A DNA stretch of 59,268 bases, filler included, from Porpidia crustulata (Eukaryota): assembly GCA_964255105.1 (NCBI GenBank). It is 10 parts of 10 records of this genome, joined end to end, with 100 filler letters (N's around TTAATTAATTAA, not from the genome) between each part and the next. Parts side by side here need not be neighbours in the genome. Positions count along the whole stretch, not along the records: positions 47,527 to 53,347 come from CAXUWE010001692.1; positions 53,448 to 59,268 come from CAXUWE010001693.1; 8 more parts are not named here. One strand, written 5' to 3'. The notes below the pieces were generated by a model that had not been told where the DNA came from, did not search any database, and saw only the letters and a program-made list of their open reading frames with translations. The position numbers and the translations under genes are program-made. Below are positions 47,527 to 59,268 of the stretch, piece after piece; positions within the stretch are counted from its first letter, which is position 1; every line of letters begins with the position of its first letter.

Positions 47527-48623
47527 ACTGTCGCCAGTGTTGGAGAAGCCGACGCCGGCTTGGTTGGAGCATTCTTGGTAATTACTCTTTGCGCCGATGG
47601 CCTTCTTCACGCTCGCTTGGCCGAGGTAGTTGTTGTATGTCTTTGGCGGGTTCGGGTCGTTGCTCGGCGCCCTGATGTCGTAGACGTCAAAGTCCCCGGT
47701 GCTGCTGAGAGGTCCTTCGATGTTTTGGTAACAGACGTTGTCGGAATTTGAGCAGTCGGAGTTGGTGAGGTAGGATTGGTGGTCGGCGGCGTTGATGAGA
47801 GGTTTGTAGGAGTTGTTGTAGGAAAAGTCGACGTATGCCTAGATACGTGTTAGCTGATTGGATATACGCAAAAACCTTTTTGGGTTGTTACCTTTTCTTG
47901 GAGAGTAGCATCAAACCAGCCGTTATTGACGCCAAGAGCGATCAGCTTCATGTTCTGGCCCTTGACGGTACCAGCGGTGATGGCGGCGTTTTGTTGCTCA
48001 AAGTATTCGGCGAATTCAGGGCCGTAATGTCCACCGTAAGATTCGGTGAAGACACCAAAGTCGCGGTTCTCGTACTGTGGGAATTGGGCGTAGAATGCTT
48101 GGATTAACTTCCAGACGTACGGAGCTGCAGTCACGGTGCTGTCGACTGGGTCGGTCCCGTACGAGAAGCCAACTCCAATGGGCTGGTCAATGTACAGCAT
48201 GTTGGCATAATTGTTCCAGCTGTATGGATTGAGAGACGGAGTTGAGGCGCCGTTGACGAAGTGACACGGTCCGTTCTCTTGGAATAGCCCAATCATGCTC
48301 GAACAGCCAGGACCTCCGTTGAACCAAGTGGCGAGAGGGGCGGTCGTAGGGTTGGAGCGTGCCTCGAAGAACCAGAACCACATGTTCATGTTAGTCCCGA
48401 CGGAAAGATATCCCGAATACTGGTTGACACCTTGGGTGGTCTCGCAGATGCCAGAGTTAGTGACAAACTCCATCTTCGCTCCGCTCGCTGCATGCTCAAA
48501 GACAGTAAAATTTTGGCCATCGCGTTCGACAAAGGAGCGTTTGTTTTTCGTGGCAGATTCAATAGGAGATGCAAGAGCAAGACTGGTGAGGGCAAGCCCT
48601 GAGATAAGACTAGAGAAAAACAT
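47527..48623 (-). CDS. Secreted serine carboxypeptidase (peptidase S10, carboxypeptidase S1-like), exons 48623-47892 and 47838->47527, 3' truncated
   Basis: Signal peptide; ICETTQGVNQYSGYL; WFNGGPGCSSMIGLFQENGPC; YIDQPIGVGFSY; nucleophile motif TESYGGHYGP; FDVYDIR. Confidence 0.95.
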
Positions 48624-50729
48624 ATCGATTGACTAGAGGAATGACAGAGCAATGTGGGCAGCAGTACCCCAGCTCTAGGAAGAGGAGTGGCATCTTATAT
48701 AGGCAAGCACGAGGTATCAATGGCAGGTTCCTATCTTTGATCACTCCATGTACTTGCATACCACGGTGATAGCTGGCGAGAAAGGGAGTAGTACTTGGCT
48801 CTGTGAGGCATGAGCTCGGAGACATCATCAGTCCATTCGTCCCAAGACATTGTACGTCCTTCGACGACCGACGAATCACATTGATGGCAGGGCTAATGAC
48901 AGCTCCGGCAAATATGTGTGAGATGGTTACCAACATCCTCATTGGGAAAAGTCAGCCGACAAGCAGCGGGCATCAGACAGGGACCTAGCTAGGTAGGTAG
49001 GTAGAAGAGCAGTACAGTAGCTCGAACATCCATCTCCAATGGCGCGCTGTACATTCATTTCGTGGGCCTGCTCTTCTATAGAAGAGAGGAGAGTGGTCTT
49101 TCGGTCTTGACTGGACCTCGGGAGACAAGACAGAGCAGTATGGATATTGCACAGCAGCAGCATACGTAGTTCGCCACACATGGTCCCCCCCAACCAGCTC
49201 CACTGGCGTCATGTCTCTCGGGTGTACCTGAACGATAGTGGCGGAGACGACCGAAAGAACAAATCGAACAATATCAATGAGTCTGCCCTGGCCCGGATCA
49301 CTTTTATGGCACGAATGCTAAATAACAGATGCTTGAGGAGACTATCACAGTATTGGACAAAAAGGGGGGCCAAGATGCCTTACACGAGCGGCCGGGATGG
49401 CTGATGATCCCGGCGCTAAAGTCCGTCTCGCCTCTTTCCTATTCGGCTCCTTCCCCATCTTGTTCACACCTTGATACCCTCCTCGGTACAAATCCATCAC
49501 TGGTGGTTGTTATTGCCCATTTGGGGTAACAACCCTCTCTCCACTCTTCGTCACTGACAGGTTCTAGTCATTCTCCAGCGACCAGTCCAAGTAGCTCCCG
49601 AAAGAAGTGTGGGAACCTCATGTCTGCATTCAATACTTCGGCAGCTACTTTCCCATTGCTAAACCACGAGACTTGCATTCTTGCTGTTGCTTCCTCCAAC
49701 GGAAATGATCCCAAGACCCAAAATTTCGAGATGATATGTCTTTGCTCTATGCTGTCAACTGTTAACCGTACCAAGGTAGAGATAGCGATCATCCGTTGTC
49801 ATACAGATTTATTGCGGACATATTGGAATATCCTAAAGATTAAACATAATACTGTTCGCCGTGGCGAATCTCAAGATCGCTCGATACTTAATTGCTCCGT
49901 ATGACGAGAATTTCATGTTGACATCCACTTCCACTGTCTACAGGCCAACCTTGACAGTAATGGGCTATGTGATCCTTCGTCCCCCAACAGCACATGATGA
50001 AGATTCCAGAATCAAGCACTAAGTCTAACTCGATTCCTCCAACGCTTATAGCACTGAAAACAATAACTTTCAAATTTCTGTCCACTACAGCTTAGTGATC
50101 CTGCTTGCTTGTTTTGTGCTAAAGATATAAAAAGCCTGGACAAGTCAAATATTTCACTTTCGATATTGCGTTTCAACCAATCTTCACAGCCTTGGGCACT
50201 TGTCTACGCCACACAAGTTAGCGCGATCCTTCCAAACCTCAATTCTTTTGGACTATCAACATTCAATAGGCTTGGTATTTTCTTGTGTCGTGATTCCTAA
50301 GCAATATGCATCGCCGGAGGTCTCGAGCATGGGTACAAACTTCGCTCCTCTACGTGCCACCAAGGAAGTATCAACCCCTTTCAAAGATCTATCTTTTCGG
50401 CTTGCCTCTATTCTAAGCGAGCCCCAATTGGAAGTAATTGGTTTCCTAAGGCAGAATAAATGCATAATTCTTTGTTGGCCTTGGATCGACTAGCCCATCT
50501 GTTCTGCAATGGGCTCGGCTGATCCTTCAACACCCAAAACTCTATTCCTGGGGTTGTGAAGCTGTGATCCTTCGAGGCTCGCTTGTTTCAGAGTTTGAAT
50601 AGCTTCATTGATATCGACTACGGCTTGTTGGGTGGCTGGTCGCTCAGCGTGGCCATGAAAAGAATATGCGATGGATATGCCTATCGTTTTACATCCGATG
50701 AAATCCTGTAGATTTGGCATGTATCTTTG

Positions 50730-50735
50730 TATAAA
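50730..50735 (+). promoter_or_regulatory. TATA box of the small secreted protein gene
   Basis: TATAAA about 150 bp upstream of ATG 50886, followed by a C/T/A-rich leader. Confidence 0.45.
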
Positions 50736-50885
50736 TCATTACATCACCCCTCTAAAGATCTCATCAGTCTCAGTCTCACCCAAAATCTCAACCGCAATAA
50801 TTCGATTTACATCTTATATTAGCTCAGCATCTCTCAATCTCTCGGCTCCAAGACTTCTATTACAGATCAAACTATGATTACCGCC

Positions 50886-51420
50886 ATGAAGCTTGCCATG
50901 CTCATCGCCGCAGGCTTTGCAGCCACGACCTCAGCAACCCATTTCGTGAGTCACACCCTTACGCCCCATCTTACCCTGTAGATTATCGCATCGAGCTGCA
51001 ACACCCGCTTACGCACCACCTTAGCACGTCAACTCGGGCTGCGCCCAAATTGAAGGCCACGCCCTATGCGCCGGTTGCGATACCTACACCGATCCGATGT
51101 TCTGCTTGCAAAGCCCAGTCTTCGTGAACGGAGGAAAAGCGACCATCTACGCGCAGATACCCGGTGGCAACAAAGTGGACAAGATCACGCCCGGTTGTGT
51201 GCTGCAAGCCAAGTGGCCGGAGAGTTACGGTGATGTTTTCCTCGGGGCTGATAATTGCATATACGATGCCCGTGGTAAGTCGTCCTATCGGTTTCTGTTT
51301 TGGGAGTGGATGTTTATCTGATTTGCGAATGCGCAACTTACAGGTAACAAGATTGATGGCCAGTGCTGCACCGCGGCGACCAAGGATACCATTAACAACC
51401 CTTATAAATATCACACTTAG
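50886..51420 (+). CDS. Small secreted cysteine-rich protein, 3 exons (50886-50945, 51025-51274, 51344-51420), 128 aa, 8 Cys
   Basis: Signal peptide MKLAMLIAAGFAATTSA; GTGAGT and GTAAGT donors; spliced frame ends ...GDVFLGADNCIYDARGNKIDGQCCTAATKDTINNPYKYHT. Confidence 0.88.
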
Positions 51421-52854
51421 GAGTTTGTATGGATGGTGAGAAGTTTGCTGTGGCTTTTTCGTATGTTGTTGGTACACGTGAAGCCGCGTTGAGTCGTTCC
51501 CGAAGATGGGTTTGGGCTTTGAAGGCTAGAATTTGTTGCTGGGTGTTTATGTTTGAGGTGGAGTTATATCAAGGGTGCAATCGTTTCGAGCGTGTAGTTA
51601 CTTCGGATGTATCTAAGAATCGAAAAGCTTACCGCTGCAGTAAATGCAATCTGCTGGATCAATCTTTAATGTTTTGTAAACGATGTATCAATGACAAGCT
51701 TCTATTCAATGCCGACGGCGAGAGTGTCTGTCGATAGCGAGTCTTTTGTGTCTCACCGAGTTAATTTTCAAATTCTTGGGCCTATGATAAGCTCGTTCGA
51801 CATGATGTAATAGACCGACGCCAGTACTTTACAGAGTTAACAAGTCCGATGATGCTTTTTTGGGTATCGAAGGCGAGTACCCCCTATTGTTCTGCTTCAA
51901 GGCGTGTTTCAGGTTACACAGCGATCATGTAAATCTTTGCTGGCGGACGAGATGGAAAAGTATTGGGTACAATTGAATCCTCCCGGTATCTTTTCTGTAT
52001 TGTTATCGCGTAGTCTGTGTGCAGGTGAATTGCGAGATGGTACCACTGTACACGATGGCATCTGACCTGTTGAAGACCTCTTGGCCTTTTCCATTCCATC
52101 ACCCTCTTTGTTTTTTACCCTCTGGCGAATTCTCCAGTACTAGGCAAATATACCTGGTCGATCCCAGTGATGCAAAGGCTTTGGCTACGAGGATTGTGGG
52201 TAGCGGTCGCTTTAAGGGGATCTTCGGGACAGAGGAGGTCTATGAGCATGTAGAGAGGAGAGCGGATTGGTACTCAATCCAGGGGTGTGTGGGGTTGGAT
52301 GTATACTGGGTAATCTTGCAACATACGTGCATTCTTGGAGCATAGTTCTACTTTCCCGGTGAGTTATTACGTTTGGCTCTTTTGTAGAGAGTTGATGAGC
52401 ATGTGCGTGAGATAGATTCTCAATACTGGCATTGCTTTTTTAGATTGCTCCGGTATAAGTGCTGAGCCTCATCTGCACGAGGCTGAGAAATTTACAGCCC
52501 GCATCGAATTGATTAGGTAGTCAGCGCAAGTGCGCAAGGCTACGGCTGAATCAAAGTGATGATTCTCTCTTGTTGCCATCATTACTGCAACCTTGCATCA
52601 TTCAGAATAGTACGAAGGTCGGTGTCAAAAAATTACCAGCACGTATTGTCGGACAGTCTGACAGTATTGATGAGGCCAGAATTATCGTGATATCCGATCT
52701 ACATATCGACCACGAGTGTTAGTGTTGACCCTCGACAGTCGCATTGTCGAAATAGCATACACTCTAATTACCATTTGGTCCAGAGTTTTCGACAATCGCA
52801 AACCAAAATTCACCATAGAAGAATTCGCAAGCCAGCCACAATCACCCAAGGACA

Positions 52855-53347
52855 ATGTCGAGGGAGAGTTCTCGGGACATAAATGACAACAACATCGCTG
52901 GTGTTGCTGACGATATTTCTGCAAGTATTGACGCTACAAGTATGCGTATCCCACAAAGCTATCGAGTCGATCAATTCGACGCTATCTCTTCAGGGGACTA
53001 CTTCATAAATGAACCTCAAAGCATTTATCGTTTAAACCGTTTACCATCTGCTGAAGGACACCCTTACGAAGATTCAATTCATGCATTCTACGCTGAACTA
53101 AATTTTATGATACTTCAAGCTATGGACCTGATCCAGCCTCTAGAAGTGTTTCAAACCATAGTCCGAGACCAGTCACCCTTCAGGCACGGTCAATGCCCCA
53201 ATGTTTTGATCATGGCTGCAATGGGCGAACATTCTCAACATTCAGCAGCCTTTTAAGGCATCACCGGGAAAAAATTGGCATCCTTGGTAAACTATTCTGT
53301 TATCGTTGCGGAGCGCAATTCATGAAGCAAACAGCGCTTCTTGGACA
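52855..53347 (+). pseudogene. C2H2 zinc-finger gene (PQCFDHGCNGRTFSTFSSLLRH type), probably frameshifted, 3' truncated
   Basis: The finger frame is open only from 53097 (TGA at 53094). The upstream ORF from 52855 is in another frame with no clear compensating intron. Confidence 0.5.
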
Positions 53348-53447
53348 NNNNNNNNNNNNNNNNNNNNNNNNNNNNNNNNNNNNNNNNNNNNTTAATTAAT
53401 TAANNNNNNNNNNNNNNNNNNNNNNNNNNNNNNNNNNNNNNNNNNNN

Positions 53448-54549
53448 GTTCTGGGATGGGTGTTGAGGGGGGTTCAGGGGCGGAGAGCGGTTCTTCGGGT
53501 TGGAGTTGGCGGGCGTGGAGATGTGTGTTGGGGGTGTCGTAGGAGCCGTAGTCTCTGCGTTTGGATGCGCTTGAGGGTTTGGGCATGAGGACTATGGTTA
53601 TTTCTGGAGAGGTGGGCAAGAGTCGGAGATTTTGTAGGGCATCTTGGAGGATTTCAACGCCTCTGGCATAAACAGATACTGATGCGTCGGACTCATCGCT
53701 AGAGGTCTTTTTCAAAATTCCCTATATCTTTGTCAGTTTGGGATTTGTAGCGGAGCGTGCAATATTGTACCGATGGATCCGAAATATGCAAGATGGTTGT
53801 CCGCCCATAGTCTTGGATTTCAATAGGAGTATTCACTAGAACCTGTAGTTCTTTGCTGCTCATGTCCTCTCTTCCGCTATTCAACTCGCTACCTAAATCG
53901 CAATATCTAGATTCCTAGGCCCGAGTTAGCAATCCTGCTCGCGTCACATAGAAAGACCTGCAGACCTTTTCTCTTCCGTTTGAACCACCGTGAGCGAAAC
54001 TTTTGGCTGACGACTCAAACGAGCAATGGTACGCTTCCCGAGACCTTCTGTGCTTGTCTTGAGCAAGTAGGTCCAAAGCTAGCTGTAGATTCTGAGATGG
54101 ATGGGGCGGATACGGTATCGTGAATGCAGGCACTTTGATTTTGGGATCGAAGACATGACTAGATTCCAGGATTTTTGTATCTATCCAGTCAGAAAGATGA
54201 CAGGCTTCCACTGAGGCAGTTCTCGAATACCTTCAGAACACCCCTCCACAATGACAAGCACCCTCGCGACCTTTTCGTCTAGCTCCTCATCACGAAATAT
54301 TGGGGTTTGTGATAGATCCAAGGAATTCAATTGTTCTATCGTCGAAGCATCGGCATTCTTCAGGCTATGATACTGCGAAAGTCCCAATCGCTGGGCAAGT
54401 AGCAATCTTGCCGTAGTCGGAGAGACAGAAGGTGGCAGCGCATTCGGGGGCGTTGAGTTTTTGTCAAGGTAATAGACGGTAGCTTCGTGTGAGGCACCCC
54501 GAACCTGAAGAGCTATACTTGCCCATGCAAGGCCAGCGAGAACCCTCAT
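53448..54549 (-). CDS. vps3844: DUF3844 / Vps3844-like secretory pathway protein, multi-exon, 3' truncated
   Basis: Signal peptide; ARLLLAQRLGLSQYHSL; VLVIVEG; later TIVLMP..YGSY. Three GT-AG introns link the four ORF fragments in frame. Confidence 0.75.
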
Positions 54550-54891
54550 ACTGAAATTGTTGATGGAAAGGATGAATCTCGACTCGAAGCTCAATCCATG
54601 ATGGGTTGATAGCGACTGTCATGATAAAGTGTACTGAGGCTAATCTCTAAATCTTCTAGCTCCGGAACTGCATCTCGGCTGCCGAGAGCGCTAGAACTTT
54701 GGTTAGGGCTTCCTCATGGACTTTGCCTGCCAACTAACATTATTCTATCAGTATCTTACATTTGTTGAGGTGCTTTTCTCTCCCTCTGTAATGAATCCAT
54801 AAATCATCCATCTCCCATCTTTGCCTGTTGATATTCTAGGATCAGGCAGGAGCTTGCCGGCAAAGTGGCGGGCCTCGCCCCACCCCGGCTG

Positions 54892-56344
54892 ATGTTCAGA
54901 GCTCCTCGAACCCTCTTCTCCTTCAGCCGCCATTTGTCCCAATTACCTCGTTCTGCGCTCCATCACAATGGACCAATTCACGTGCAGCGTGTTCGCTTTC
55001 GTCGCCCATTCTTCACTACTAAGTCTGCTCCTCGCCGTCCATTTTTGTCACCAGCACAGCTGACATGGCTGCATAGGCGCGTCCAGTCCGTTTTCATCAA
55101 CGTCTCATTGTTCGCAGTGTTCTATTACCTGATGCTGACGGATGATGAAGAAAAGAGTGGATCCCTTACGATGGAGGAAAATGATAAAGGAGAACTAAAA
55201 TCGACGATAGTCCAAGGTGAACAGGATGCGGCCCTGACAGGGAACGGGGGTGAGACCTTGAGTGAAAGTGAGGGAGAAGACAGCGAAACCGATGAAGATG
55301 AGGATGGGATTCCAGACACATTACCGGAAGATGCGGTGTTCATTCCCCTTGGGTTCGCACGTCAACGTCCGCGGGAATTTTACACATCAGATAGCCCAGA
55401 ATGGCAGAGCTTTCAAGAGCTCATGAGCAATAAGAATAGGGGTAATGAAATACGCCGTACGCCCAGTCCACGGTCATTTCTTATCCCCTAGACTAATCAA
55501 ATCTAGTCGAATTGGCTGCCCTTATTGGTCACCACGTATCACAAAACCACCAAAAGCTATTGGGGACACCTATTCAGATCCACAGACTTTGGTTAGATAT
55601 TGATTGCCCGTATGGTCCACCCCCCGAATATGAGCGATCAGGGTAAAGATGTTCCCACTCCCTGACACAGCGATGAACTAAGAACTTGACAGCTTAGAAA
55701 TTCGGCCCAACGATTACATTGCTTGGACAACGCGACCAGTATCCCCGACTCAGTATACCCGCCTCCAGACAGCTCTATGGCCTACTTCGATGGCATCCTC
55801 TTTTTGGGCAAGCTATACGACCATACTATCATTGCAGGTGACCAGGGTCAAACAGTTACTTGGTATACATTCGGAGCCGCAAAAGGTGGATCATCAGGTT
55901 CCACCGGACCTCATTGGGTTCCAACAAATGGCCAAAAGCACTGGTCAACAGGGGCCTCAGACGGGCACCGGAAATGAGAAGATATCCGGCTCTGAGTCCA
56001 AATCCCCAGAAACGGTTTCTACGAAGGCCCCGTCTACCGTGACTACTCGTGACACTTCCAAGGTCTTCCCTCCTTTACCACCCATTCCGCAGCCCGGCGG
56101 AGATATGAGTTCTGCGCTGGTGGCATTCAAACGTACGCTTGCAAAGACGTGGCAATCTCCATCCACCCCCCCTGAGCGGGGCACTTTAATGATTTCGGGT
56201 CTTGTGGAACTCACAGGTAAGCAGGCGATCTGTCTCTTGGATGTGGTGGCTATGTATCATCCTAAAGATTCGAGATGGGTGTCCGTTACGTTTGGTGTTC
56301 GACGGCTAGGGAAGAGAAGACAAACCCCCTTAGGTAGTGGATGA
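54892..56344 (+). CDS. Conserved hypothetical protein, likely mitochondrial single-pass, 4 exons (54892-55022, 55077-55456, 55507-55642, 55693-56344), 432 aa
   Basis: Arg-rich presequence-like N-terminus, one TM, acidic linker, FIPLGF..Y..DSPEWQSF, WLDIDCPYGPPPEYERSGLEI, RGTLMISGLVEL. Intron phases are consistent. Confidence 0.85.
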
Positions 56345-57488
56345 CGATCCTATGTGTGATGTGGATTTTTTTCGATTTCCATGGTCTACGAGCGTGTTGA
56401 TGTTACTTGCATAGCCACGGCGTTGGGAAATACCAAGCAATTACGGATACGTGAGGCGGAGAGAGCTTGCGTGAGTGAAGTAGGTACTTCACTTCTTATC
56501 ATACCTCACCAAGAACACACACGTGATCACTCATGGCTCCCGTCGCTTTTATGCAATCTGCAATTCCATTCACATTATTTCTCTAACGTCTTGGGGTCGG
56601 GGAAATAAATTTGTACGGGGGGTGCAACACACGATACCACGGTATTGTATTTTACTTGGTTGTGTAAGAAATCGTTCTCCTCCGCTGGAATCTATCACCG
56701 ACCAATACTACTGAACGTCCATTCCCTTTGAATGGTCGTAAGCTCCAATTCTGACCTTACGCGGTGAAGTCTTGGTGTAGGCAACTAGCGTGCCCACTGG
56801 GTATTATCTGGAGTATTTATCTCTTTACAAAGACTGCCCTTGGTCCGCGAACTCGCTTGCTTGCTTATTCGAGTCGTGATCGAGAGTTGGGACTGGAGTA
56901 GAGGCGAGAACGGGAAAATACTTCCTCTACATGGCATGACGCTCTGGACCGTTCGACCTGTTGCAGTTGCAATTGTCATTCCAGAAGTGTGATCGAAGAG
57001 GACGGGCCGCAGGGCGTGGTCGAAAACCTTCACACGTGTCCATCCTGCTTCCAGCTAACCCTCAAATGATCAAGGAGTAAGTCTCCCTCCCACAGGCACT
57101 TGAAAGTTGACTGTAACATATTCGGATACCCTAGATGCCGGCTCAGTCTCCAAAATGACGCCCTCGATAGCGTCCGTTTATAGCAAAGATATTGATTGCC
57201 AAGCTTTAGAAAATCTCCTCCCTCCTCTTCACCATCTGCGTCTATCAGTGCCAGCTTCGCCCCAACGACGTCGCTCTTACGTACAAGTCACTGATATCGG
57301 ACGCCATCGGGTACATAAAACAGTTTGTAAGTATGAGACATTAGGCAAGCGCACTTTCACTACCTAAGTCCTCGCAAGTGTGTGGTTCCCCTGATGTATC
57401 CATATCCACAAACCGAAGGCCTAAGGTCAACCACACGACTTGGACCAATCACATAGAACACGCAAGAGTAGGGTAACTCTAGCTAGCC

Positions 57489-58829
57489 ATGTCGGTCGCT
57501 GGAGGTTCAGAACTCCGTAAAAGGAAATCGAACGCTGAAATACCCAAATCTACAGAAGATTTCTCAGGCTACACCTTGTGGTGCGATACCTCACCGACTG
57601 CAACCCCAGCTCAGACGCGTTCAGGTTCTCCCATGCGTGTCACCACAATCCCTCACACCACAGCTCAGACGAGCCAATTCATGAACAGCCTCCGTTTCCT
57701 CGCCAGCAAGAACGCGTTAAGTAAATCTACAATGGTTTCAGTGGGTGAAATCGACGGTTCAGCGAACGTTTCCACTATTACGAAGACATATTATCTTATC
57801 GTCTACTTTCTTTTGAACCTGGCCTTGACTTTGTACAACAAAGCCGTAATGATCCAGGTATGTCTAGACATCGTTGGTCAAGGATGGTCGAGCATCATGA
57901 TACTAGCCAAGTCTGCTGTAGTTTCCATTCCCGTTTCTCTTGACCGCTCTTCACACCGCCGCTGGAGCATTCGGAACCACCGTCCTGCTATCTGCCGGCT
58001 ACTTCCCTTTAACCCCAGTCACCGCCAAAGACAGCTCCGTCCTCTTGGCCTTCTCGGTCCTTTACACCGCCAATATCGCCATCTCGAACGTGTCCCTCCA
58101 CATGGTCACCATCCCGTTTCACCAAGTTCTTCGCGCCACATCGCCAATATTCATTATCTTGATTTATGGCGTCGTCTACCGCTCGACTTACTCGCCCCTC
58201 ACTTACCTATCGCTCCTCCCCGTGATCTTAGGCGTCGGCTTAGCTACCTACGGAGACTTCGGCTACACCTGGCTCGGCTTCGCGATGACTCTGCTTGGCG
58301 CGATTCTCGCCTCCGTTAAAACCGTGGTCACGAACCGCATCCAGACGGCCGGGATGCACCTCGGCGCCTTAGAAATGCTGTACCGCATGTGCCCCTTGGC
58401 GCTTGTCCAGTCCCTGGCAATGGGATACCTCCGAGGCGAAATCGGAGGTCTTATTGCGCACATTCAGACTAGCAAATGCACCAAAACGAGCCTTCTGGTT
58501 GTTCTAGTCAACGCCCTCATGGCATTCTCACTCAACTTGGCGAGCTTCTCGGCGAATAAAAAGGTCGGCGCGCTCGCCATGACGGTGGCTGCCAACGTCA
58601 AACAGATCCTGACGGTATTGCTGGCGATTCTATTTTGGAAGCTGGAGGTCGGGTGGGTCAATGCCTTAGGTATGTATTCCTATTATCGGCATTACGAATT
58701 GAGCTAATAGCTCTAGGCATTGCCTTGACCCTCATCGGCGGCGCATTCTATGCCTACGTCGAGATGCGCGCGATGAAGGGGAGATGGGGTAGGGTTTTAG
58801 AGGAGGGGAAGAGGGACGATAGGGAATAA
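57489..58829 (+). CDS. Triose-phosphate/nucleotide-sugar transporter family (TPT, DMT superfamily), 3 exons (57489-57857, 57922-58669, 58717-58829), 409 aa
   Basis: YFLLNLALTLYNKAV, FPFPFLLTALH, LYTANIAISNVSLHMVTIPFHQVLRA, NKKVGALAMTVAANVKQ; two GTATGT introns. Confidence 0.93.
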
Positions 58830-59268
58830 GGGGGAATGGGGCGCGTCGTATGTTGTCACGACCTATTTGTGATTTGAAGATGTCGACTTCCGCGCTGATT
58901 GCAATGGCCGATGGCTCCATTGCTCAAAGAAAACCGCTCTGTTACTTCTTTTACCATCGTCTTCCAGCCTGCCGACCCAAGGTCCCCACCATCACGAACC
59001 TTGCCGCGCTCTAGACTCCCGATACCCAACCTTTAATCTCCATCCTCCCAGACCTAATGTACGAGCGGTTTGAACCAGCTACCCCATCAACCTACCTCTT
59101 CCCCCCCCAATCTCACCCTCCTCACCACTTCCCACCACTCCTCATCGCTCCTCATCGTTGCCTACCACTCCCCACCCCTCTCCCATCAGCAAGGCGCAAA
59201 CCAAACCCAACAGCGCAACACCACTAGCGAAATAAGGCCAATCCCCGCAGAACTACAACCTCCTTACC

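Noticed and set aside
5858..53447. Regularly spaced TTAATTAATTAA palindromes as a biological repeat or CRISPR-like array
   Set aside because: They are synthetic six-frame-stop linkers embedded in N runs.
6809..58829. Apparent glycan gene cluster (GH16, GT90, GT25, nucleotide-sugar transporter)
   Set aside because: The four genes are on four different contigs placed together only by length sorting.

Overview
Filamentous ascomycete (Pezizomycotina) genomic DNA with spliceosomal GT-AG introns and CTRAC/CTRAY branch points. A lichen-forming fungus is possible but that is only an inference. The window is not one locus. It is ten unrelated contigs of 5857, 5852, 5845, 5842, 5838, 5832, 5831, 5829, 5821 and 5821 bp, sorted by length and joined by 100-bp N44-TTAATTAATTAA-N44 spacers, so nothing can be inferred across spacers. 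Recognisable genes: Ran1/Pat1-like kinase, GH16 glucanase, a 1131-aa disordered protein, a small LEA-like protein, a Spo73/Mug65-like dysferlin-domain protein, Cdt1-like (partial), GT90 (partial), Kre33/NAT10 (partial), GT25, a DUF1295 protein, S10 carboxypeptidase (partial), DUF3844 (partial), a conserved hypothetical and a TPT-family transporter. I see no convincing multi-gene novel system. The best leads are single loci: (1) a secreted protein resembling a stand-alone M35 deuterolysin pro-domain with no catalytic domain; (2) a repeat-built orphan with two SILK+RVxF PP1-docking modules on a contig bounded by transposon ends; (3) a GH16 gene bracketed by an inverted 53-bp repeat; (4) two small secreted effector-like proteins; (5) a carboxypeptidase with an apparent internal deletion; (6) a degenerate tRNA-like element. 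All family assignments come from motif recognition, not database searches.
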